Shown: one piece after another, positions 50,044 to 57,620 of the stretch
Position numbering within the stretch: the first letter of the stretch is position 1
Layout of the letters: each line of letters starts with the position of its first letter
Source: an uncultured delta proteobacterium
GTDB lineage: Bacteria > Desulfobacterota > Binatia > UBA9968
Direction: 5' to 3'
Length of the DNA stretch: 64,000 nt
Assembly (NCBI GenBank): GCA_963745835.1
Contig: CAVUZH010000022.1
Coordinates: 288,001-352,000, forward strand
Translations under genes and position numbers: made by a program
Notes under the pieces: generated by a model
What the model was told of the DNA's origin: nothing
Databases searched by the model: none
The model's input: the letters and a program-made list of their open reading frames with translations, nothing else

Positions 50044-50765
50044 TATTGATGCAATCGGTTTTTCTCCACACTAGGTATCTGGAGTCCTAGCTTTATAATT
50101 AGTGGATTCACTTCTTTAATGTACTCGTTGCGCGCCTGCTCGTTACTGCGGCGCTTGAGCCCCCAATACCGGTACCGCTCGGAACGCTTCGAGTCGGAGC
50201 GTCCAAACATATCCAACGCTTTGGGGTACCAGAAGTCGACGGCTTTTTGCAATCGCTCCCTGCTCTCGTCCCCTTTGGCCACCAGTTCTGCCGCCTTACT
50301 TCCTCCGTAACCTACATGGCCGATCTCCTCTTTGATAATGTGAGGCAGAATCTGGGCTAATGGTTGATAACTGCAGCCGACGAATTCCTCGAGTTGGTAA
50401 CGGCCGACGCGATCGATGAGATAGCCGAAAATGGCGAAATCCTCCCACGTGTTGATCTTCCCCCGAAACGCTTCCACGTAGCGTTTCTGATTCGGCCAGC
50501 TGAGCACATACGACACGTCCTGCCCGATATCACCCGCCAACCGGGCAATCTTCCGAAAGTGATCCATTTCTTCAGCAGCAGTCTTCGCCACCATGATTTG
50601 GTCCGCCTTGGTCGGCGCATTGGGTAATATGTCTTTCACGTACAGGTGCGGCCCACCGATCTCGCAATCGGCCTGAATCGCTAGAACCCGCTTGAGCAAA
50701 TCCTGAAATTCAGGATCCATCTTTACAACGTCTTTCAGAGCTACTTTATCGTTAAACATACGCAC
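50043..50765 (-). CDS. PaaA/BoxB-like diiron aryl-CoA epoxidase subunit
   Basis: QADCE, EEMDH, LIDRVG..QL, CSY.PL, EEIGH, W.P.ALDMFG, WGLK. Confidence 0.8.
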   Translation of the reverse strand: MRMFNDKVALKDVVKMDPEFQDLLKRVLAIQADCEIGGPHLYVKDILPNAPTKADQIMVAKTAAEEMDHFRKIARLAGDIGQDVSYVLSWPNQKRYVEAFRGKINTWEDFAIFGYLIDRVGRYQLEEFVGCSYQPLAQILPHIIKEEIGHVGYGGSKAAELVAKGDESRERLQKAVDFWYPKALDMFGRSDSKRSERYRYWGLKRRSNEQARNEYIKEVNPLIIKLGLQIPSVEKNRLHQ

Positions 50766-50798
50766 CTCCGTTTCTTGCTAACTAAAGCTAGCAAGATG

Positions 50799-50847
50799 CG
50801 AACTATAAGGCAACATACAGTAAGATTTTAGCACGAACTATATTTCA
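50799..50847. promoter_or_regulatory. Repeated candidate operator (CGAACTATA x2) upstream of the epoxidase-regulator pair
   Basis: CGAACTATAAGGCA and CGAACTATATTTCA; the second is near-palindromic. Confidence 0.35.
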
Positions 50848-51201
50848 GTTATCGACGTTCTTCACGTGACCCGAGCTCGGGCAGCTGCCGCAGTTATGAT
50901 CGTGAGCGGACAGCCCCAGTAACGGCTGATTTTGGAGACTCGTTTATCGCGTGAGCTCGTGTTCGCGTGCGTTGTTCCTGCTCGTTTGGAAATCTGTCGA
51001 TGACTTTGACAAAACACGATTACGAACCGTTGGATCGACTCGGTCGGGCTTAGCGGGCGCGATTCTGGCGATGACGAGTTTGAGGAGCAAACTTTTTGCC
51101 CCGGTCAAAGCAAAAATTTTGAGAGTCGGAAGTTAGGCAGCGCTCGCTAAACCAAGGTTGGCTATTGTACCGGTGGGAAGCTTAGTCTGAATCGCGCAAT
51201 T

Positions 51202-52047
51202 TCACATACGGTCTTGAGAAGATCGGAGCCCTCTGAACACCCGCTCGTCTTGGTGGCAGACGATACAGGAAGCTTGCCCGCGCTCTTCCAAATTGGAGAC
51301 AAGCGCATACGTCAATCCATTGTCCGACCATGTGAGCACTTTCCAACCATTTACAGATTGAAAATGAAACCGCAGCCCTTCCCAAAGGATCTCTTCACCA
51401 CCTGATGGTCGCGCCACCGCATCCGAGGTCACCACCAAAGAGATCGGGTGACCCTTTAGGCGATAAACAATATAGGCTGCATAATCTTCCTTGAACCCGA
51501 CCAAACGTCCGCCTTCGACGTGGTAAGGCTTCGGTTCCGCCGCCTGCGGATAATCAGGCAGTTTCAAATTGAAGCCGAGCTTTCCGGCGAACCAGGTGGA
51601 AATCTTTTCAGGCGATTCGCTGAACACTTCTAGGGGTAACTGTCCCTTGAGGTACCGCACATGATTGTTGACGGCCATGGTAACAAACGAGCCGCGGTCT
51701 TCTTGGAGAGAGTTTGGCACAGCCAGCCAAAAAGCAGCGAACGCGAGCAGCAAAAGAGCGCAGGCCGCAATGATTGGCCGCGAACAAACAAATTTGGTTC
51801 GCCTGCCTGAGCTCTGCACCAGCTGGGCAACGTTTGCCTGCAATGATGCCGGAGCCGTATAAACCGGACGCGCGCTGCGTATCGCCGAAACCAACTCACG
51901 CTCGGCCTCCAAAGCGGCACGGCAGTCGGGGCAGCTCTTGATGTGTGTTTCCACAGCCAAGCGCTCGCCGTTCTGGAGCTCGTCGTCCAGATACAACGGG
52001 ATATGTTCTAGAATGTGATTATCCACTTCCACGCTTTCGCCGCACAA
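51202..52047 (-). CDS. Zinc-finger anti-sigma factor with C-terminal CxxCH
   Basis: YLDDEL..HIKSCPDC ZAS motif, one TM, periplasmic GGRL..W....YALVS domain, terminal CIVCH. Confidence 0.88.
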   Translation of the reverse strand: MCGESVEVDNHILEHIPLYLDDELQNGERLAVETHIKSCPDCRAALEAERELVSAIRSARPVYTAPASLQANVAQLVQSSGRRTKFVCSRPIIAACALLLLAFAAFWLAVPNSLQEDRGSFVTMAVNNHVRYLKGQLPLEVFSESPEKISTWFAGKLGFNLKLPDYPQAAEPKPYHVEGGRLVGFKEDYAAYIVYRLKGHPISLVVTSDAVARPSGGEEILWEGLRFHFQSVNGWKVLTWSDNGLTYALVSNLEERGQASCIVCHQDERVFRGLRSSQDRM

Positions 52048-52603
52048 CCATTAAGGCATTGGTTTTCTCAGCCAACATACTGCGAAGTTCCGCCCGCGCG
52101 CGATTCAAACGGGACATGACGGTTCCGGCGGGGCATCCCAAGATCGATGCGATTTGCCGGTAGCTGAATCCTTCGAAATAACGGAGCACCACGACTTCAC
52201 GAAACATTTCCGGCAAGCCTGAAATCGCCAGACGAATCTTTCCGGAGATCACGTTGCGCTCAAAATGATCCTCCGGGCGCTCTCGCTCATCGGACAACCA
52301 TGGTTGCAGCGGACCGCCGTCGATTCGATGTTTTCCCAGCAGAACAAACTCCGGCCCGTTGGCACGCCGGCGCCATTCATTGATCCAGATGTTGCGCAGA
52401 ATAGTAAAAAGCCACACTTTGGGATCGCTCTTAATGGCGGTGTGGGTCATTCCTTTGATGGCGCGGAGGCAGGCCTCTTGGACTAAGTCCTCGGCGTCCG
52501 TGCGATTGCTAGTCAAAGTCATGGCGAATCCGTAGAGCGCGCCAAGGTTTTCGAGAATAGCGTGCTCACCGTTGCCAGACGCTGTTTTCCGGAATCGGAT
52601 CAC
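52019..52603 (-). CDS. ECF RNA polymerase sigma factor
   Basis: DAEDLVQE, WLFTILRN, FSY.QIA.ILGCPAGTVMSRL.RAR. Confidence 0.95.
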   Translation of the reverse strand: MIRFRKTASGNGEHAILENLGALYGFAMTLTSNRTDAEDLVQEACLRAIKGMTHTAIKSDPKVWLFTILRNIWINEWRRRANGPEFVLLGKHRIDGGPLQPWLSDERERPEDHFERNVISGKIRLAISGLPEMFREVVVLRYFEGFSYRQIASILGCPAGTVMSRLNRARAELRSMLAEKTNALMVVRRKRGSG

Positions 52604-52774
52604 AGCAGATACTCCTTGCCAGAGAATCCGTCGCCGACTTTTTTATTTCAACCCAATCACGCTGCTTAATTAAACCTCTCTCGTTTTCATGTCAATCACA
52701 AACCGCGACCCGCGCGAGAACGAAAATTAGGAGAACTGACGCTGGTAATCTATTTGCTCCCTACGGAAAACCCG

Positions 52775-52801
52775 GGAATAAATTTCCCCCTCGGTTGTCT
52801 T
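52775..52801 (+). promoter_or_regulatory. Putative ECF-sigma promoter for the downstream cluster
   Basis: GGAATAAA-N14-GTCT, ~67 bp before ATG 52868. Confidence 0.55.
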
Positions 52802-52867
52802 TATCTAATAGCAGCTCAAAACAGCTCTGGCCGTGAGATCGAAGCGCTCGATTGTGGGAGGCAAGCT

Positions 52868-53623
52868 ATGTCCCATCGCTGTGTATTTTCCTTCGCCTTT
52901 TCTAAGCGCGTGTGGCTCTCGCTCGCGCTTGCAGCGATCCCCCCTTCTGGCGCCTGGTCTTATGAAGAAATTAAGGTTGCCGACGGCGGCACGATCGAGG
53001 GAAAGGTCGTGTTCCGAGGCACCGTGCCGAGTCCCCGGAAGGTGATTCCGACGCAGGATCAAGAGGTTTGCGGCGGGCCAAGAGACGAGCCGCGGCTCGT
53101 TCTTGGATCCGATAACACCGTCCCGGGAGCCGTTGTTTTCTTGAAGGGAGTCGAGAAAGGCAAAGCGTTCGAAAAGCCCAAGAAGCCTCCGGTTGTTGAT
53201 AACGCGAAGTGCAAGTTCGAGCCTGAGATTCAGGTCGTCCCGGCCGGGACGGAAATCCTGATCCTCAACTCGGACCCCGTGCTCCATAACACCCATGGTT
53301 ATCTCTTGACCGATAGCCGCAGGGGACGCACGGTTTTCAATCAGGCGTTGCCGCAAAAGGGACAACAGGTAAAATCGACCCTCAAATCGCCGGGGGTAGT
53401 GGACGTCGCATGCGACGTCCACGGTTGGATGCAGGGCTGGATCGTGGTGGCGGACAACCCGTATTTCGCGGTGACCGAAAAAAACGGCACCTTTGCGATC
53501 AAAGACATCCCGCCGGGAAAATACACCTTGGCTACTTTTCAACCTTATGTCGGAGTCAGAGAAACGCCGGTTACCGTTGAGTCGAAGAAAACCAACAACA
53601 TCAACGTCGAGCTAAAAAAATAG
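52868..53623 (+). CDS. Exported cupredoxin-like / carboxypeptidase-regulatory-domain protein
   Basis: Signal peptide; NSDPVLHNTH ... CDVHGWM (His/Cys/His/Met); G.F.IKDIPPGKYTL; start refined to ATG 52868 after GGGAGG. Confidence 0.8.
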   Translation: MSHRCVFSFAFSKRVWLSLALAAIPPSGAWSYEEIKVADGGTIEGKVVFRGTVPSPRKVIPTQDQEVCGGPRDEPRLVLGSDNTVPGAVVFLKGVEKGKAFEKPKKPPVVDNAKCKFEPEIQVVPAGTEILILNSDPVLHNTHGYLLTDSRRGRTVFNQALPQKGQQVKSTLKSPGVVDVACDVHGWMQGWIVVADNPYFAVTEKNGTFAIKDIPPGKYTLATFQPYVGVRETPVTVESKKTNNINVELKK

Positions 53624-53667
53624 CGGCAAAGACGCCGCAGGGCTCCTGTTTCAGGAAGGAGGAAGCA

Positions 53668-54807
53668 ATGAGCGACTTTGACCGTGAACGGCGCGAGGCT
53701 CAACGTGAATTGCACAACCCTGATCGGAGGCCCGATCCATCTCTCAGTATAACGCGGCGAACTTTCCTTCATAAGTCGTTAGTAGCGGGAGCTGTAACCG
53801 GAGCGGCGACGTATGGATGGTTTCCGTTGATCAATACGCTGACTCTGGCTCATGGGGCGCAAGCCGCGTTTAGCTTTGCCTGGCTTTCCGATACACACCT
53901 CTACCCCAAGAACGTCAATACGCGCTTTGTCGAGAAAGCCGTACGGGCGGTGAAAGAAATCCAGGCCATGAAGCCGGCGGCGGATTTTCTTATGTTCGGT
54001 GGCGATCTGGCCCAACTTGCCGACCCTGTAGAGCTGCGCCTCGGCAACGACATTCTCAAGGAAATAACCATCAAAAAGCATTTTATTCCCGGCGAGCACG
54101 ATTGGTATCTGGACATGGGGAAAACCTGGAATAGTCTATTCGGCAATTCACCTTGGACCTTTGAACATAAAGGCGTCCAGTTCATAGGCCTGGATACAGT
54201 GAGTCGAGCGCCTGACTATTGGTCAGCGACCAAGATGACCCCGAAAGAGAGGATGGGTCACATGGCTGGGCTGGACGGAACAGTGGCTGGACCATGGGCC
54301 GGGGTAGGCGGCGACCAGCTGCAGTGGCTGAACAAAACGCTTTCGCCTTTACCCAAAGACAGAGCGATCGTAATTTTCAGTCATAATCCTCTCTACGAGT
54401 ACTATCCTCCATGGAATTTCTGGGTCCGTGATTGGCGCCAAGTTCATGAGGTTCTCAAGCCCTATACCAATGTCACGAATATCCACGGTCATACACATCA
54501 GGTCCTCTACAACGAAATCGGTACGATGAGATCGATCGGCATGCTAGCGACTTCATGGCCATGGCCCTATGCGCCGGAAGGAGTTCCCACGCTGACCAAG
54601 CCGATGATCCGAGTAAATCCCGGAGATCACTTTGACGGCGTCGGCTGGGGGAAAATTACCGTGAGCGCGGCGCCAAAGGTCGATTACGAATACATGATGT
54701 GGCGTAAAGCCGTTTATGCAGAAGCGGAAGTTGATTCGGGTACCGGCGACAACAACAACCAGAGATTGAGACCGCGGATCGCCGATCAAATGTGGCCTTA
54801 TAAATGA
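53668..54807 (+). CDS. Tat-exported calcineurin-like metallophosphoesterase
   Basis: TRRTFL Tat motif; DTH, GD, GEHD, H, GHTH metal motifs. Confidence 0.9.
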   Translation: MSDFDRERREAQRELHNPDRRPDPSLSITRRTFLHKSLVAGAVTGAATYGWFPLINTLTLAHGAQAAFSFAWLSDTHLYPKNVNTRFVEKAVRAVKEIQAMKPAADFLMFGGDLAQLADPVELRLGNDILKEITIKKHFIPGEHDWYLDMGKTWNSLFGNSPWTFEHKGVQFIGLDTVSRAPDYWSATKMTPKERMGHMAGLDGTVAGPWAGVGGDQLQWLNKTLSPLPKDRAIVIFSHNPLYEYYPPWNFWVRDWRQVHEVLKPYTNVTNIHGHTHQVLYNEIGTMRSIGMLATSWPWPYAPEGVPTLTKPMIRVNPGDHFDGVGWGKITVSAAPKVDYEYMMWRKAVYAEAEVDSGTGDNNNQRLRPRIADQMWPYK

Positions 54808-54839
54808 TAACGAGGTGACGAAAGGAAAGGTTAGTCGTC

Positions 54840-55298
54840 ATGAGAAAGATTCTCCCGTGGCACGCTGGACTGCTTCTCATAGCAGTATTTCTTTTCGTTT
54901 TTGCTTCTCGAATGGATCATGTCCTGGCGCACAAGGAAAAACATACCCCGGAACAACTCAAAGCATTCTTTGACGTTTTCATGGAGCAGGTGCGGGTCGG
55001 GGATCTCTTGTTTCACGGCGATGGCGAGATGGAAAAAAAGCTCGGAACAAATTTATCTCGGACCGGTATGGCCTGCGCCATGTGTCACCCCTTTGCATCG
55101 GACACACACCCGCACGAATTTCCTAAGTTTGGGGAACAGACTCAGGAGTTCGCGACCTTGCGGGATATGATCAACTGGTGCATCGAGAATCCAAACGAGG
55201 GCGAAAGAATCGACGTCAACGGCCCTGCCATGAAAGCAATGGAAGCGTATATTTACTGGTCTAACAAAGGCTCAGTGTTGGATGCGGGGAAACACTAG
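54840..55298 (+). CDS. Monoheme c-type cytochrome, TsdA/SoxA-like domain
   Basis: Signal peptide; CAMCH; TLRDMINWC...G...MKAMEAYIYW. Confidence 0.75.
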   Translation: MRKILPWHAGLLLIAVFLFVFASRMDHVLAHKEKHTPEQLKAFFDVFMEQVRVGDLLFHGDGEMEKKLGTNLSRTGMACAMCHPFASDTHPHEFPKFGEQTQEFATLRDMINWCIENPNEGERIDVNGPAMKAMEAYIYWSNKGSVLDAGKH

Positions 55299-55554
55299 CG
55301 GCCAGCTCAAAAGCCTCATATGCTTCGTTGCCCTCAATTGACTAGCTGCAACGTACTGTCTGAGTATGCTTCCGCTCGTCGATATTTCGCACGCTTGGTC
55401 TCTGAGATCATTTTGAGCAGCCTGCAATCGCAGTTTTCAGCTACTGGTTGACTAAATTGGTCTCTGGGAAAAGGGATAAGCCAAGGTGAGGGTGCATGCT
55501 GATCACACATAACCCGCTGATCAAAGTAGGGAAATATTGCAGGCAACATCTAAG

Positions 55555-56385
55555 ATGAATTCTCCGGATATTTCCCGAAGAAGTTTCTGCAGGTGGAGTT
55601 CTTCACTTGTGTTGGCGGGAATCTTTACAGGTCTGAAGAATCGGCTGGGGCTGGCGCTTGATCCGGAATCGCCGGACGGCATGCTGACGGATATGCATAC
55701 GCCCAGGCTGATTCTGCCGACTATGACACGAAATGGAAATCAAGTTCCTGTCGTCGTCAAGATGAACCATCCGATGGAATTGGGCCATTACATCCGACGA
55801 GTTGAGTTCCGTAACGAAACCGACCCGATTCCCTCCAAAGGGATTTTCCACCCCACCGCCGCTAATGGTGAGACCTACTTGGCTTTCCAAGCCCGAATGG
55901 ACAGCGGCACCTCGACAGTCCTCGCTATCGCCGAATGCAGTTTACACGGGACTTGGATCGCCCGCCGCCAGATTACGATTCCCGATGGGCAAGGCGGCTG
56001 CGCCACGGTCGGCGTGCCCAAAGACGCTGCGGCCACAGAAGAGATTGTCCCGCCCGTGATCAGGATTCCTGAATTGGTCCGCAGGAACCGCCTGACTAAA
56101 GGAGAAATGGCCGAGGTCCAGGTCCAATTCAAACACCCAAGCAAGACCGGTCTTGCTTATGATGATAAAAAATTCGTCCAGATCGAAGAGCCTTTCTACA
56201 TCACATCGATGCAGGTTCTGTACGGGGAGCGCTTGGTCAGCCGCTACGAAATGACCGCAGGTTTGAGCGACAATCCCTTTTTGAAGTTCAAGCTCAAGTT
56301 CACAGAAGAAAAACCCATTCGGGTTGTTTTTACCAACAGTAGGGGCCGGCAATTCAGCGCCAGCGCGCCGGTGGTTCTATCTTAA
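55555..56385 (+). CDS. Tat-exported SoxY-SoxZ-like fusion protein
   Basis: SRRSF Tat motif; NG..VPV.V and GGC arm (SoxY-like); HP..TGL, FYI, LSDNPFLKF, V.FTNSRG (SoxZ-like). Confidence 0.82.
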   Translation: MNSPDISRRSFCRWSSSLVLAGIFTGLKNRLGLALDPESPDGMLTDMHTPRLILPTMTRNGNQVPVVVKMNHPMELGHYIRRVEFRNETDPIPSKGIFHPTAANGETYLAFQARMDSGTSTVLAIAECSLHGTWIARRQITIPDGQGGCATVGVPKDAAATEEIVPPVIRIPELVRRNRLTKGEMAEVQVQFKHPSKTGLAYDDKKFVQIEEPFYITSMQVLYGERLVSRYEMTAGLSDNPFLKFKLKFTEEKPIRVVFTNSRGRQFSASAPVVLS

Positions 56386-56390
56386 ACTTC

Positions 56391-57602
56391 ATGGGCCGGC
56401 TCTCGCTGACAGCGGCGGTTATCCTGATCGGCATACTTTGGAAGCTCGTCCCAGGAAAGACATTATCGGAGATGTTGGGATCGACAGGAGCGGACGGTGT
56501 TGTTGCGGGCAGCGCCGAACCGGCGGCCAGCTTTCATAACAAGCCGCTTCCAGCTGCCCAGTGCGGCTTTTGCCACCCCAGACACTATGACGAATGGCGC
56601 CGCTCATCTCACGCGAGCTCTCTGAGGTCCGATGATTTTGTCAGGACATTCTCGCAATATCTCGACTCGGTCGGCGAGCAGGCGCGAGAAGATTCGCAAT
56701 CATCCATGGCTTGTCTTTCGTGCCATGCCCCTCTTCTGAAACATGCCGAGCCGGGAATCGTTGGTCAGGTCGCCGGTTTTGTGCTGGCCCGGGAAACAGA
56801 AAAACTAGCCGGCTTCGAAGTTGGTTGTGTCGCTTGTCACGTTGCTGGAAACCGCGTCTTTGCCGGCCCGATCGAAAAGCCGCAGAACAATCCGTTCCAC
56901 CTTTCAAAATTTTCCCCGTCCTACAGAGAAGCGTCGTTTTGCGCCGATTGCCACACCTGGACTGCCTCTACGATTCCCTGCTCCAACGTCTACACGGACT
57001 GGAAGCTAAGCCGAGCGGCCAAAGCAGGGACAACCTGCCAGTCCTGCCACATGGCTGAGACCAGCGGCAGCGCCGCTGCCGGAGGACCCGAGAGAAAAAT
57101 ACACGACCATGGTTTTCCGGGCGCAGGTTCGGCCGCCATGCTGCAAAAAACAGTGGTGCTTGGTCTGAAAGCCAACTTTCCGAAGAATCGTCTCGAAGTG
57201 ACCGCCACGATCCGCAATCTTACTCCTCATCGGGTGCCCGATGGCTGACCGTGGAACAGCTACGCGGTCCTGGAGGTGACCGTAGCGGATGAAACCGGAT
57301 GGGAATTCGAGACCATAAAACGGACCTACGCCAATTTCGGCATCGATAAAAATGGCGAGAGTACTGGGATCGCTTGGAAGATTGTCAGGCAATCGCCGGA
57401 TTCAACGGCATTGAGAGCGGAGGAAGTTCGCATAGAAAAAATCAGTTTTAACGTCGAGCCGCGGGACGGCAAGCGATTCACGATCCAGGCGAGGATGCGT
57501 TACCAGTACGCGCCCGCGCCACAGGATGGCTCCCGTCAAGAGAGTGACGGCAGGCAAATGGCGCAGGCAACCTTAACGCTACCGGGCAAGCGCCCGTCTT
57601 AG
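56391..57602 (+). CDS. Pentaheme c-type cytochrome, probable selenoprotein (UGA at 57246-57248 = Sec286; 403 aa)
   Basis: Five CxxCH motifs; ORFs 56391-57248 and 57276-57602 are in frame and separated only by TGA in HRVPDG-U-PW; SECIS-like hairpin follows. Confidence 0.85.
57259..57286 (+). other. Bacterial SECIS-like hairpin
   Basis: GCTAC/GTAGC and GGTC/GACC stems with a small G-containing apical loop (UGGA) starting ~23 nt after the UGA. Confidence 0.75.
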
Positions 57603-57620
57603 TTTGCAAGAGCAAATCGC

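Noticed and set aside
52805-53542. Long antisense ORFs (e.g. 52805-53542, 57798-58385, 11661-12251)
   Set aside because: Shadow frames opposite well-supported genes in GC-rich sequence.
57276-57602. Independent 108-aa gene
   Set aside because: Its GTG lies inside the SECIS-like hairpin with no properly spaced RBS; better explained as the C-terminus of the UGA read-through protein.
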